Below are positions 27,559 through 41,125 of a stretch of 64,000 bases of DNA, piece after piece. Every line of letters starts with the position of its first letter. The first letter of the stretch is position 1. Made by a program: the position numbers and the translations under genes. The DNA is from Eledone cirrhosa (taxonomy: Eukaryota), in assembly GCA_964016885.1 (NCBI GenBank), contig OZ024746.1, forward strand, positions 37,820,001 to 37,884,000, in the 5' to 3' direction. The notes under the pieces are model-generated. The model did no database searches. It saw nothing but the letters and a program-made list of their open reading frames with translations, and was not told the DNA's origin.

Positions 27559-28566
27559 TCAGGTTATAAATTGAGTGTTGAGTTCTAGTCTATTATTGAT
27601 TGGTGGTTGTGTTTTATGTATAATTAGTGCTTCCTTAATTCTAAGATTGCCGAGGTTTCTTTCCTTAGTTTCTATCCTAACTGTTATGGTTTTGTCGGTG
27701 TTTTTGCATTTAAATAGGTGTTTCTTAAATGAGGAAGCGTTAGTATTGAGGTGTTCTTTTATTCTTATGTGGAGTGGTCTGGTGGTGCTACCTACGTAGA
27801 AGTTGTTGCATTTGTCACACTCTAGTCTGTATACGACGTAAGCCTGGTGGCATAGGTATGTGTCGTTGATGGGGCAGTTGGCTAGTCTGCAGCAATTGTC
27901 ATGTCTGGTGGAGTGTCTTTTAGTTAGCTGTCCGCTTAGAGAAGGACCTGAGTGGGCCAGTTGGATATCTAATCCCTCTCGTCTGATGGCTCTGCGGATG
28001 GCTGTTGTTGTTTCTTCACTGAAGTGTGGGAGCTTCAGGAAGCAAGTGTTAGTGCCTCGGGTGTGGTGTCCTCTGTTCTTTCTGGCACGGTTTGTGGTGG
28101 ATGTCATGTATCCGTTCAGTTTAAGTACTTCCAGGAAATGGGTGGTGTATGTGTCTCGGTCTCTAGTGTCGGTGCATTTGTTCCGGATACGTGCCAGTTC
28201 GTTCCTTATGTATCCGAACTTGGCACCGAGTGGGAGGGCCGATCTGGAATGTACGAACAGGTCCATGCTGGCGGCTTTTTTATAGAAGCAGGTGTGGATG
28301 TTGCCTTCCTCTGTTACCCTGAGTTGCAAGTCCAGTAAGGATAGGGATCTGCGGTCATCGGGGTGTTCCATGCTGAACTTTATACTGGCGTCCATGCTGG
28401 AGAATGTTGTGTATATTTTATCTGCCTCCTCACGGGATGATGTAAGGATGAGTATGTCATCTACATATCGGGTGAAGAAGGCATCGGAATGGCAGGTGTT
28501 GAGGGCTCGGCATTCTAGCTGGTTCGTGTAGGTGATGGCCAGCAGGCCCGATAGGCTGGATCCCAT
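27559..28566 (-). CDS. PLE RT-thumb-GIY-YIG fragment (335 aa)
   Basis: YVDD and GIY-YIG motifs in the ORF track. Confidence 0.85.
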   Translation of the reverse strand: MGSSLSGLLAITYTNQLECRALNTCHSDAFFTRYVDDILILTSSREEADKIYTTFSSMDASIKFSMEHPDDRRSLSLLDLQLRVTEEGNIHTCFYKKAASMDLFVHSRSALPLGAKFGYIRNELARIRNKCTDTRDRDTYTTHFLEVLKLNGYMTSTTNRARKNRGHHTRGTNTCFLKLPHFSEETTTAIRRAIRREGLDIQLAHSGPSLSGQLTKRHSTRHDNCCRLANCPINDTYLCHQAYVVYRLECDKCNNFYVGSTTRPLHIRIKEHLNTNASSFKKHLFKCKNTDKTITVRIETKERNLGNLRIKEALIIHKTQPPINNRLELNTQFIT

Positions 28567-28835
28567 GGGTAATCTTGTTGTCTGTCTGTATGTGTGGTGG
28601 TGGAAGGTGAAGTACGTGTTGTCTGCTGTGAAGGACTAAAGCTGGTGTATATCCGTCGGGTGGAGGCCGTAGCAGTGGATGTCCTCTGCGACCACGCAGT
28701 CCGTCAATAAATCGCCAGCTGGATGAGCGGGGACATTAGTGTAGAGGGAGACAACGTCGAGGCTAATAGCGTATTTATTTAGTTTAAGTTGTTCTGGCTG
28801 GAGTTGGTGTAGTCTACGTATAACTTCGTCGGAGC

Positions 28836-28922
<87 letters not shown>

Positions 28923-28940
28923 ATATATATTTATAAATAA

Positions 28941-29033
<93 letters not shown>

Positions 29034-29037
<4 letters not shown>

Positions 29038-29991
29038 TGTGAACACGTACATACATATATGTATACCGACGTACAGTAGTATGTATATATATATATATAT
29101 ACATACATGCACACATATATATATATGCACGTATAGATTCACCGAACATTTATTATAATGCTCGGTGTGTTTGTAAACAAACATCCCGTATTAAGCCTTA
29201 GTGTCTAGCAACCACCGTTGCTCGTTTGTTCAACACTGACAAAGGAACGCTGTACTTGTTTCAAGCTTGTTAGCTATCGTCAGCAACGTATACCTTCCTG
29301 CCAGATTGTTGAACGTATATACTTACCTTATGCATATTAACGGCTGAGTAGCCCAATATGCATATCGAGTGGGTTAATCGGCCGAGCATTATCATAAATG
29401 TTCGGTGAATCCATACGTGCATATATATATGTGTGCATGTATGTATATATATATATACATACTACTGTACGTCGGTATACATATATGTATGTACGTGTAC
29501 ATACTTATATTTAAGTAACAGCTGTACTAAGAGTGGGAAATGAAATATCGTTTCATTTTTTCCATTTATCGTTTTCGGTGCACCCGGCCGACTAACCCAC
29601 TCGATATGCATATTGGGCTACTCAGCCGTTAATATGCATAAGGTAAGTATATACGTTCAACAATCTGGCAGGAAGGTATACGTTGCTGACGATAGCTAAC
29701 AAGCTTGAAACTAGTACAGCGTTCCTTTGTCAGTGTTGAACAAACGAGCAACGGTGGTTGCTAGACACTACGGCTTAATACGGGATGTTTGTTTACAAAC
29801 ACACCGAGCATTATAATAAATGTTCGGTGAATCCATACGTGCATATATATATATATGTGCATGTATGTATATATATATATACATACTAATGTACGTCGGT
29901 ATGCATATATGTATGTACGTGTACATACTTATATTTAAGTAACAGCCGTACTAAGAGTGGGAAATGAAATATCGTTTCATTTTTTCCGTTT
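29034..29991 (+). mobile_element. ~423-bp retrozyme-like tandem unit (~1.4 copies) preceded by an inverted arm (29034-29382)
   Basis: 'ccgagcattat' at 29381 and 29804; 29034-29382 is the reverse complement of ~29586-29935. Confidence 0.85.
29680..29722 (+). ncRNA. Type-I hammerhead; mirror copy at 29247-29289 (-)
   Basis: ACGUUG-CUGACGA-U-AGCU-AACA-AGCU-U-GAAA-CUAG-UA-CAGCGU. Confidence 0.8.
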
Positions 29992-30119
29992 ATATATATA
30001 TATATATATATATACATATATTTATAATATATATATATATATTTATATATATATATAAATATATTTATATATATATTTAAATATATATATATATATATTT
30101 ATTAAAAAAACAGATTAAA

Positions 30120-30520
30120 GTTTAAGCAAACGCCACCTTGTTTCTGTGTGTGTGTTGTGTGCTCAGTCTGCGCATGCGCCACATCCGGGTGTCTGTGTAT
30201 GTTTATATTCGTTTATTTATTTGTTTATTTACATGTTACAGGTTTGATCTATGTGCGTGTGTGTTTTCATTTTGTCCTTAATTGTAAGCTGTGATGTTGC
30301 TGTTCCACTCATGTTTTCTATTTAATTTTGGTTCTAATTCTTTTATGTTTATTGCCTCTGTGATTTGTCTAAACATTGCTTATTTTCTGTGTGTAGATAC
30401 TATTTTTATTTCTACGTTCTCTAATTTACCCTTATGTTCTATTTTAGCATGTTGGTAGAGTACAGATGATTCTTTATTATTCTTTATTATTCTGGCCATT
30501 GTCGCAGCATCGAACACCTT
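30120..30520 (-). mobile_element. 3' fragment of a family-B PLE (end of GIY-YIG plus 3' UTR)
   Basis: 'KESSVLYQHAKIEHKGKL' matches the reverse complement of ~19770-20130. Confidence 0.7.
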
Positions 30521-30530
30521 ACTACTACTA

Positions 30531-30600
<70 letters not shown>

Positions 30601-31130
30601 ACACACACACATATTTGTTGTGAAAGTGTCATTTCTCAATCTTGGCGCAAAACCAATTTTTTATCCACATGACCTCTACCGACCAATCAAAATTGTTTTG
30701 ACCAAGAATTTTTGCTGGAGCCACTTTTTTAACATTTTAACATAAAAACAGTCTTGGCGCAAAATCAACTTTTTACATTCACATGACCTCTACCGACCAA
30801 TCAAAATTTTTTGATCACAAGCATTTTTGCAACACAAAAATAACGCTGGAGCCACTTTCTTAACATAAAAACAGGTAGAATTCCCAAAACTAATCAGATC
30901 AGAGTAAACAGCACGGACACTCTATCTCAAAAATTATTTTTGAAAAGCATTTAGAAATGCGCAACCGGTAAAAACTTAAAAACTTAAAACCACAACTGAA
31001 TACTAACCCATACAATCACTAATACTCTTTTATTCCTAATTAAACCATTTTTCAACTGTGAACAATTTGTCAGCATTTTCTATTCCGTTTACCAATATAT
31101 AATAACTTGTGTGTTACACCTCCATACTTT

Positions 31131-31181
<51 letters not shown>

Positions 31182-31242
31182 ATGTGTATGTGTATATATA
31201 TGTGTGTGTATATGTATATATATATATGTATATGTATGAGTG

Positions 31243-31279
<37 letters not shown>

Positions 31280-31940
31280 GTGGGTGTATGAGGGTGCGCG
31301 CGAGTGTGTGACTGAGTGTTTGTGAATGTGTCTGTTGATTTTTGGCATATAGTTGAATAGTTTAAGAGAAATTTGAAGATAATCGTATGATATGCACTCA
31401 ATATTTTGAATTGGTCTATAGAATTCTCTAGGCCTTTGTCACTCAGTAGAACCTTAAAGAATTTAGCTTTTAAGGAATCTACCTTTTCTTTACATCCATC
31501 AACCATGACTGACCCCCAATTATCTTATAGACACCTGTTAGCTTAAGAGAAACTTAAAAATAAGGAGTGGCACCCCATCCTGAACTTGTTTATAGAATTT
31601 TTCCTGCCTTTGCTACTCTAAAAATAAACTATAGATTTGAAGAATTAGCTTTTAATGAATTCCCTTTTCTATCAATCAATGACCTACACCCATCCCACTC
31701 CCTACCCTCTCCTACCACATGAAGAGACCTATAAATACCATACTTATTTTTTGATACAAAGATTCTTGATGATTTCTAAAGAATGAAACAGTTCTAGTCT
31801 TGTAGAATCTCATCTATATTAAAACTTTTATACTCTGCAATGTATTGAGTACCTTACTTACTGTGGTTACCTCCGACTGAACCCGGAATAACGTATATAT
31901 ATATATTATATATATATATAGATATATATATAAATATATT

Positions 31941-31986
<46 letters not shown>

Positions 31987-32000
31987 TATATAAATATATT

Positions 32001-32031
<31 letters not shown>

Positions 32032-32122
32032 TAATATATATGTATATATTTATATTTATAAATATATATAAATATATTTATATATATATATAAATATATT
32101 TATATATATATATATATTTACA

Positions 32123-32550
32123 TACTAAATAAATAAATAAATAAATAATTACAGTACTCCCTCCCTCCTAAATCTCTCAATTTGTATGATGAATTATTAT
32201 TATGCATCTGTTGCCTCAGCTGCCTCTCATTTTTCACCTCCTCACTATTTCTCTCTCCCATATCTCTCTCTTTCTCTCTCTGTTTTTCTTTACATACATT
32301 TCTTCCTTTTCTCCGTCTTTCTTTCTAACTGTGCTTAACACTAAATATTTATAAACATTTCACTACCAAACCAACCTCTTAAATGGAAGTTGATCAATAT
32401 TTATGGTACGTCAAATTTATTTATAAAACTGCTTATATATTGTATTTTATCTGAAGAAGGCATGCCATATTTTTAATATGGTATCCCTGAAATATGTATA
32501 ATGAAATCAATATGGTTTTATAAATATAGTTTCCATTTGTTTAATATCGT
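32123..32550 (+). mobile_element. Solo pLTR related to the 39445/42940/45873 family, with HHR at ~32444-32507
   Basis: attttat-CUGAAGA-aggcatgccatatt...aatatggtatccct-GAAA-tatgta-ta-atgaaat. Confidence 0.7.
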
Positions 32551-32583
32551 ATATATATATATATATATATTTATGTATATATA

Positions 32584-32681
<98 letters not shown>

Positions 32682-32722
32682 GGAAACATAAGTCAATTGC
32701 ATGAACTCATGATCTTTTATTT

Positions 32723-32780
32723 ACTGCTATATATATATTTCGACGATAGCCATTGAATGGCTATGATCTCATCAGGCAGT
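32723..32780 (-). ncRNA. Canonical type-I hammerhead in a ~170-bp TA-flanked insert (32677-32845)
   Basis: ACUGC-CUGAUGA-GAUCAUAGCCA-UUCAA-UGGCUAUCGUC-GAAA-UAUAUAUA-UA-GCAGU. Confidence 0.88.
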
Positions 32781-32840
32781 TTAGTCAGTTCTTAGATATT
32801 CCAGCTCTGTGTTTATATTGTTGATGCTATTAGAGCCTTG

Positions 32841-32917
<77 letters not shown>

Positions 32918-32933
32918 AATATATATATATATA

Positions 32934-34141
32934 TTCTCGCTAATTCATATTTGTATTAATCTCCAGAGTCTAGTTATTGAGCAGTTAATTTTATTGATTT
33001 TTTCAGTTACTTATATTGACTGTTCAATAGCTCTGTTATATTTAACCATTCTGTCGAGAGCTTTATTCGATTTGTGATATTTTGCATTCTCGCAATAATA
33101 CACAACTGAATCATTCGCTTAATAGAGGTGTTGCCTCCCCTGCTGAATCCCACGAGAGGTCAGTAATAGCCACACTATCTAAAGCATCTTGGAGCAAAAC
33201 CCGTTGATAACACGACTTCCTTGTTCATCATCTCACCAGAAGCCCAACATTCTTTATGTAGGCGGACAGTACCTGATTTTGGAGTCGCAGAAACCAATAC
33301 TGGATTTTACCATCAGTCCAGGGTCCCGGAAAGTATCAACACATATATTTTTATTGTTTGACCCGAATTACTTGGTCGTTTTGTTTGGGCTGTGCGGATG
33401 ATATGTTTAACCATCATCTCAGTGTGTTTGGCCCTCAACGTATGTTGTAGCTCTGATTCATATGATTCATCGAACGTTTGCCACACATATCGGACGTTGA
33501 TTTTCGTTAATTCCTGAGCTGAAAACGATTCTCGCTAATTTATATTTGTATTAATCTCCAGAGTCTAGCTATTGAGCAGTTAATTTTATTGATTTTTTCA
33601 GTTACTTATATTGACTGTTCAATAGCTCTGTTATATTTAACCATTCTGTCGAGAGCTTTATTCGATTTGTGATATTTTGCATTCTCGCAATAATACACAA
33701 CAAAATCATTCGCTTAATAGAGGTGTTGCCTCCCTTGCTGAATCCCACGAGGGGTCAGTAATAGCCACACTGTGTATAGCATCTTGGAGCAAAACCCGTT
33801 GATAACACGACTTCCTTGTTCATTTTCTCACCAGAAGCCCAACATTCTTTATGTAGGCGGACAGTACCTCATTTTGGAGTCGCAGAAACCAATACTGGAT
33901 TTTACCATCAGTCCAGGGTCCGGGAAATGTATCAACACATATATTTTTATTGTTTAACCCCAATTACTTGGCCGTTTTGTTTTGGCTGTGCGGATGATAT
34001 GTTTAACCATCATCTCAGTGTGTTGGCCCTTAACATATGTTGTAGCTCTGATTCATATGATTCATCGAGCGCTTGCCACACATATCGGACGTTGATTTTC
34101 GTTAATTCCTGAGCTGAAAACGATTCTCGCTAATTTATATT

Positions 34142-34145
<4 letters not shown>
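32934..34145. repeat. 595-bp direct tandem repeat (2 units) between (TA)n tracts
   Basis: 'ttctcgctaatt' at 32934, 33529 and 34124. Confidence 0.93.
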
Positions 34146-34170
<25 letters not shown>

Positions 34171-34178
<8 letters not shown>

Positions 34179-34405
34179 GTGAGGTTTTTTTTACAAAATG
34201 AAAAATAACCGAAGTGTCCTACACGAATGAAAGTATAAAGAAAAAAAGATGAAATCGAAAATGCAACTGGTGTTTTAATTTAAAATATATATATATTTAT
34301 TTATTCGGTTCCTATACCGGTTTCGCAGTTCTACTGCTTTTCAAAGGTAGAGTTGAGATGGAGGGTCTCTGGTTTTTCTCACATGTGAGGAAAAATCACA
34401 GACGT
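34171..34405 (-). mobile_element. Diverged pLTR copy of the 7509-12600 element
   Basis: 'ttagaaagtgaggtttttttt..gagatggagggtct' with the same HHR motif. Confidence 0.85.
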
Positions 34406-34700
34406 CCTTTGCCCAAATGATTTTGGCATCACCTTTAATGTACACCCAAGGCATGGACCCACTGCTATCCGCCCACGACAAAAATCTCATTCGCATCACA
34501 TAACAACAATACGGCACAATTATTTCACCTCAATTGGCCCTGCACTCACTCTTTAACATTACACCAAGACACATCAAAGCAGAGACAGACCCCATCAAGT
34601 TCAAGAAGTCTTTCGATAAATTCCTTCAAGAAATCCCGATAAGCCACCTACACCCGGATATGCCTCCGTAAACAATAACTCACTGCCTGGGCAAAGAAGT
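34406..34700 (+). mobile_element. 3' end of a CR1/Jockey-like LINE
   Basis: Translates (with indels) to FNITPRHIKAETDPIKFKKSFDKFLQEIPD..PPTPGYASVNNNSL. Confidence 0.55.
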
Positions 34701-36200
34701 CAACAACTTCAGACCTATTCGACGTCTCCATGGGATCGTTTGACAGTACTGACGTATGCGACTTGGCTGGCCTATTTATTTTACATAAATTACGTGTTAG
34801 ATTCCCGGACTTCTACACGGAAATATAGCGCGACGAGGGGCTGACGTTATCGAGTCATAAAAGCGGTCACGACCTCGACCGGTTTAAAAAAAGACTTAGC
34901 TTCTATCTTCAATGAGTTAGGACTTAGGATAACATTAGCTACCAACCTCTCTAGCGTAGATTTCTTAGACATTAATTTAGACCTTCGCACACACACCTAC
35001 AGACCCTTCTATAAGCTAAAACGAAAAATTACATTCACAAGGACTCATGCCACCCTCCCACTGTTTTTAGAAACTTCGTATAAATATCAGTACTAGAATC
35101 TCAAACCTCTCCTCTAATAAGGCAATATTTGACAGGGTGGCACCCTATTATGACACGGCGTTAGCTAACAGCGGCTTCTCGCAACCTATCTCTTACTCTC
35201 CCACTATCAACAACAGCAATAAGAAAAGAAAGCGTAACAATAGACAAACTATCTGGTTCTCTCCTCCCTTCTCACTCAACGTTAAAACCAATGTAGGCAA
35301 AACATTTCTAGCCATCTTAGATAGACACTTTCACATAGGTCATAAATACCGCTCCATCTTTAACCGACACAAAGTAAAACTAGGATATTGCTGCGCTAAG
35401 AACATGAAGGCCCACATCACCAACAGCCCTAAGAGCAACAGCCCACCGAGGTGCTCTTGTCGTAAGCCCGAAGCTTGTCCCCTTCAACAGCAATGCAACA
35501 CACCCGCTGTAATTTATGAAGCTGTAATCACTGCCAGCCGACCAAATCAACCACAGGAGGCCAAATCCTATGAGGGTATGGCGGAAGGCCGATTTAAGGA
35601 ACGCTTCTTGAACCAACAGTCGACCTTTAGGTACCGGACATACGTTCATCCACAAAACTCGCGAGCCACGTATGGTCCCTCAAGGATTCAAATATAGACT
35701 ACTCCATTCAATGTAAAGCCATCACTAAGCCATACGCAAGGGGAAATCCGTCGTGTGGACTATGTATTGATGAACGAATACATTTTCTAAAGAGATTATG
35801 CAATAGTGATTGCCTAAACACGAGAAATGAATTCTTCACCCATTGTCAAGACGTCTCGAAACACCTCTTACATAACTACAAAGCTCCGGATTGAATCACA
35901 ACAACATGCTATTTTCCTTATCAGCTAGAAACATTTCAGACTTTCGCAGTTATCTCCCTTAAACCTCTCGCACACCTTTTAGTATTACCTGTGTGAAGTG
36001 AAGGTTTCTGCACGTGCGCGTTCGTACGGTTGTCCTTCCTGTTCCGTATAACCATGTCCATTACGAGCTGAGGATCCGCTAAGGTGAAACAATTGTTCTC
36101 AGTATGGCAAACTAACTGTTGTGTAACCACTTCTACCTAACTCGTCCCATGGACTGATTGCACTACCACTACGGATATTACCTTCCAGTGTTCTACCACT
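34700..36200 (+). mobile_element. 5'-truncated PLE (CxCx5C linker type)
   Basis: FDVSMGSFDSTDVCDLAGLFILH, VDFLDINLDL, IWFSPPFSLNVKTNVGK, CSCRKPEACPLQQQC, VIYEA..YEGMAEGRFKERF. Confidence 0.85.
36065..36100 (+). ncRNA. Minimal type-I hammerhead downstream of the PLE ORF
   Basis: GAG-CUGAGGA-U-CC-GCUAA-GG-U-GAAA-CAAUUG-UU-CUC. Confidence 0.72.
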
Positions 36201-36215
36201 ATATTATATATATAT

Positions 36216-36301
<86 letters not shown>

Positions 36302-36360
36302 GAAAATATATATATTATGTATATATATATATATATATGTAGATATATATATATATTATG

Positions 36361-36400
<40 letters not shown>

Positions 36401-36423
36401 CATTATATATATATATTATGTAA

Positions 36424-36524
<101 letters not shown>

Positions 36525-36652
36525 GTAGGAGGTGAGTTTTATTGTAGTACAATAAAGCAATGCAGATATCGGATAAGAAGCACTCTACAGTTTGTAGGAC
36601 TGGAGTATACATAATATATAAGAACAAAAGATGGTTAAAAGAGTTCCATGTA

Positions 36653-36716
36653 TTTTATTATGCGCATTTCAAAAACAAATATCATGCAATAATATTTGTG
36701 TTTTCATCAGATAAAA
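36653..36716 (-). ncRNA. Type-I hammerhead; mutated mirror copy at 38806-38872 (+) with CUGAUUA
   Basis: UUUUAU-CUGAUGA-AAACACAAAUAUUAU-UGC-AUGAUAUUUGUUUUU-GAAA-UGCGCA-UA-AUAAAA. Confidence 0.8.
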
Positions 36717-37400
36717 CAGGAAGACATGATATTAAGATTAAAAAACACTTGTGGATAGTTCAGTTTTAAATCAACATATATTTCAGCTCGTTACTATATT
36801 GGTATATAATGGATTATCGCATTTAATGTCCGTTAAAGGTTCTTGGCGCTACAATTGTTACCATCGCTTTCCTCTAGCCATGGGGCTTGGAGACCTGAAC
36901 CGAATGCTGCTATTCTATTTTATATCAATGTGAACTGCTATTTCTAATAGCCATCTTTTTCACCCCTTGATAAATTGTGTGTGAGTCCTATCGGTTGCCT
37001 GTTAATCGCTTTAGCGTGTCGGTTGTCACAAACAGTCATGACCGGCACGGGCCGGTGTTTGGGCTATGTCAAATCGATTGGTTATTGATTAGGCCATACC
37101 CGCTGATGAAGCCGCATAAGCTGATTGTTCATTGTTGCATAATATATGCAGACAGATGGTGCAGTGCAGCCGACTGCTGCATTAGTGCTGCAGAACCTCG
37201 AATCCGGGAACCTTATAGGCACCCGTTTTACGAGTGTTGTGTTGAGGCAAATAACTATGTGTATACTCTGGTAATGTATCTCACATTTCGCATTGAGTGC
37301 GCTGAGATACAACCGGTACTGTCATTGATAAATATGCTGGGTCCGTCAACCCTTATTATATATATATATATAGATATATTATATATATATATATATATAT

Positions 37401-37443
<43 letters not shown>

Positions 37444-37572
37444 GATATATATTATATATATGTAGGAGGTGAGTTTTATTGTAGCACAATAAAGCAATGC
37501 AAATGATATTTGTTTTTGAAATGCGCATAATAAAATACTTGGAACTCTTTTAACCATCTTTCGATCTTATAT

Positions 37573-37624
<52 letters not shown>

Positions 37625-38003
37625 GATTTACATATACATAAATCATAGATATATATGTGGGAACCAGTCACGTTGTGGCTCAATGAAGATTTAATAAAAT
37701 AAATAATCAGAGCAATATATCATAAATCATGTCCTTAGAATTATTAGATAAAATATATACCATTTCCTCTCCCAATTAGCATAATTAACCATATAAAAAA
37801 GCAATTAGACCAGGCTATAAGAATCAAGTCTTCTATGAAGAAATTTTCGACAAATAACCGAAAGCGGCCTCTTCGCGGTGGCCCCAATAGAGTATTTATC
37901 CAACATTTCAACAGCATGTAGAAACTGACTAAATATACCGTCAACCATACACAATTTGGTGTAAATTCAAACTTAGAAGAAATGTGTAGATACCGTAATT
38001 ATA

Positions 38004-38080
38004 TCTCTACCATGGTTTCCTCCGTATTTTTAGACATCCTATTATCAGGATATATCCAGAGTAACAGACTCATCAGGAGA
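38004..38080 (-). ncRNA. Type-I hammerhead with extended domain II
   Basis: UCUC-CUGAUGA-GUCUGU...ACGGAG-GAAA-CCAUGG-UA-GAGA. Confidence 0.72.
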
Positions 38081-39303
38081 AAACTCAAGATTGGACAGTT
38101 AATTTTCGAATGTGATCGCGCCAAAAATAGATTCCAAAATGGCTAAGAATTGTGACGTGGCAGTGGTCAAGTTAGAAAGAATGTGATTAGTTGCTTACGG
38201 CGGGTAGGCTTGTTGCTAGAAAGCTCAGTCCAATATCAGCCAATTGTATCTCAAACCAACGGGAGATTATTAAATATAAAGATTTACATATACATAAAGT
38301 CATCGATATATATGTGGCAACCGCTTACGTTGTGGCTCAATGAAGAATTAATAAATTAAATAATCTATTGGGGCCAGCGCAAAGAGGCGAACATTTCTTC
38401 ATAGGAGCCTTTATTCTCATAGCCTGGTCTAAATGATTTTTTATATGGTTAATTATGCTAATTGGGAGAGGAAATGGTATATATTTTATCTAATAATTCT
38501 AAGGATATGATTTATGATATATTGCTCTGATTATTTAATTTATTAATTCTTCATTGATCCACAACGTGACCGTGACATATATATATGTGTGCCTTTGAGA
38601 ATAGGATTCTGAATTGATAAAGTTTAGGATATTAGCTGTATACTTTATGGAAAGTTCTGTGGAATTTATGCAAGCAGATAGAAAACAAGTCAGTGCGTCT
38701 ATTTGTTTACCCAATATCACACATTAATCTAAAACTACTTTTCATATGTTGATTTAAAACTGCACTATCCACAAATGTTTTTAACCTTCATATCATGTCT
38801 TCCTATTTTATCTGATTAAAACACAAATATTATTGCATGCTGATATTTGTTTTTGAAATGCGCATAATAAAATACATGGAACTCATTTAACCATCTTTTG
38901 ATCTTATATATTAGGTATACTCCAGTCCTACAAACTGTAGAGTGCTTCTTATCCGATTGTACTACAATAAAACTCACATCCTACATATATATATCTAAGG
39001 CGGGTAAAATTCCAGAGATCCATGGACGAGTTCTCTCCAGCGGTCTCTGTCCCTCATTTTCGCTGACATGTCTAGAGTTGACATTGCACTCAGTGCTCCC
39101 GTAGGAGTCCCGGCAAGATCACACTAGTAGATGAAGACCAAGGTTAACGTATGTTGATCCCCTAAGGACAGACACTGGTCTGTTGGAGACGCAGGACATG
39201 CCACATATATATGTATCATATATATATATATATCATATATATATATATATAATATATCATATATATATATCATATATCGTATATATATATATCATATAAA
39301 TAT

Positions 39304-39368
<65 letters not shown>

Positions 39369-39407
39369 TGTATATATCATATGTATATATATATATCATA
39401 TAAATAT

Positions 39408-39447
<40 letters not shown>

Positions 39448-39913
39448 ATTAAATAAATGGAAAACTATATTTATAAAACCATATTTATTTCATTATATAT
39501 ATTTCGGGGATATCATATTAACAATATGCTATGCCTTCATCAGACAAAATACAATATAAACAGTTTTATAGATAAATATATTCGACATACCGTAATAAAC
39601 ATCAACTTCATTTGAAGAGGTTTACTCTAGCAGTGAAAATACAGAGAGAAAGAAAGAGAGAGAGAAAAGAGGGAAATAAGAAAGAGAGAAAGACAAAACG
39701 AAGAAAAGGAAGAAAAAGAAGAAAAAGAAAAAGAAGAAATGCATGGGACAAAATAGAGAGATGGAAAAATAGATAAAGCGAAGAGCTTCATGTAAAGAGA
39801 CAGAAAGATATATATATATATAGAGAGAGAGGAAATAGAGATAGATACATATATATATATAGAGAAAATTAGGTAGTGGGAGGTCATTTTGAGTAAGTGT
39901 ATCAATGATGCAT

Positions 39914-39952
<39 letters not shown>

Positions 39953-40709
39953 GCTCAAGTATTAATGTAAGGGAGATATATAGAGAGATATAGAGAGATA
40001 TAGAGATAAAAAATTTAAAAATAGCCAGACATATTCGAGGCGTAGAAAACCCTATGTTTTAATGTATTAGTATTTATAAAACTTACACTATATTGTAAAT
40101 ATCAGTATTCCTGAATGAAACAAGTATTCACAATGCGTGAAAATTCATTATCTTATGTTTAGTTTTAAAAAAAAATTCATATGTCTATGTGACAGCTACA
40201 AACATCAATGTGAATCCAACTGATTCACTCCGCAAATTCTAAGTTACCGGAAAACATTCTCAATGTGGTATAAAAATTTGAGCGTATTATTATTCTTGCG
40301 ATTACTCTACAAGATTATCTATCAAGCAGAAATAGAGAGCAGATTTCAATATATTAATCGAAAATATATATTATATTATAAACAAAGATAACAATAATAA
40401 TGATAATAAGTAAAAATATATTTAAAAAAAAAAAAAAAAAAATAGAATAGAAAAAAAAAAATATATATATATAATAATGATAATAAGTAAAAATATATAT
40501 TAAAAAAAAAAAAAAAAAAAAAATATTACGAAAGAATATTACATAATAAAAATATTGCATATTAAAAATACTACGTATTAAAAATATTACGTATTAAAAA
40601 TTTACATATAAAAATATTAAAAATAAAAATTTACATATAAAAATATTAAAAATAAAAATAAAATAAAATACAAAATAAAAATATTATAGAATACTACAAT
40701 ACTAAAAGA

Positions 40710-41125
40710 ATAAAAATAAAAATAAAAATAAAAATAAAAATAAAAATAAAAATAAAAATAAAAATGAAAATAAAAATAAACCACAAAGAACAACCCTTCA
40801 AAGTTAATTGACAATATATTGCCAAGTTCATTACACGACAAAGCCAAAAATTATCTATCAAATCACATCTAGCAAGGAATATCGCAAAAAAGATTATGAT
40901 GTCCAATAATGTCTACATATGTTCCAATATTTAATATATAAGTTTATCTAGTGCAAGGTTAATTCAAAAAAATTTCAAAAAAATTTGGAGCATCGGCTTT
41001 TAGGGTAGCTTAATTTTTCATGAGGAATGTTTAGATAAAAATAAAAATAAAAATAAAAATAAAAATAAAAATAAAAATAAAAATAAAAATAAAAATAAAA
41101 ATAAATAAAATAAAATAAACAATAA
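40710..41125. repeat. (TAAAAA)n hexamer arrays at ~40710-40780 and ~41035-41120 inside the PLE 3' UTR
   Basis: Direct inspection. Confidence 0.9.

Larger units (their letters stand above)
27031..28838 (-). mobile_element. 5'-truncated PLE (Penelope/Poseidon-like)
   Basis: ISLDVVSLYTNVP, MGSSLSG, RYVDDIL, LSLLDL, YVVYRLEC..FYVGSTTRPLHIRIKEH; flanked by (TA)n. Confidence 0.88.

Noticed and set aside
31760-31800. UUGAUGA..GAAA hammerhead-like string
   Set aside because: U3-G8 core and poor stem I; too weak to call
40710-41125. (TAAAAA)n as a telomeric repeat
   Set aside because: No G-rich strand; lies within a PLE 3' UTR
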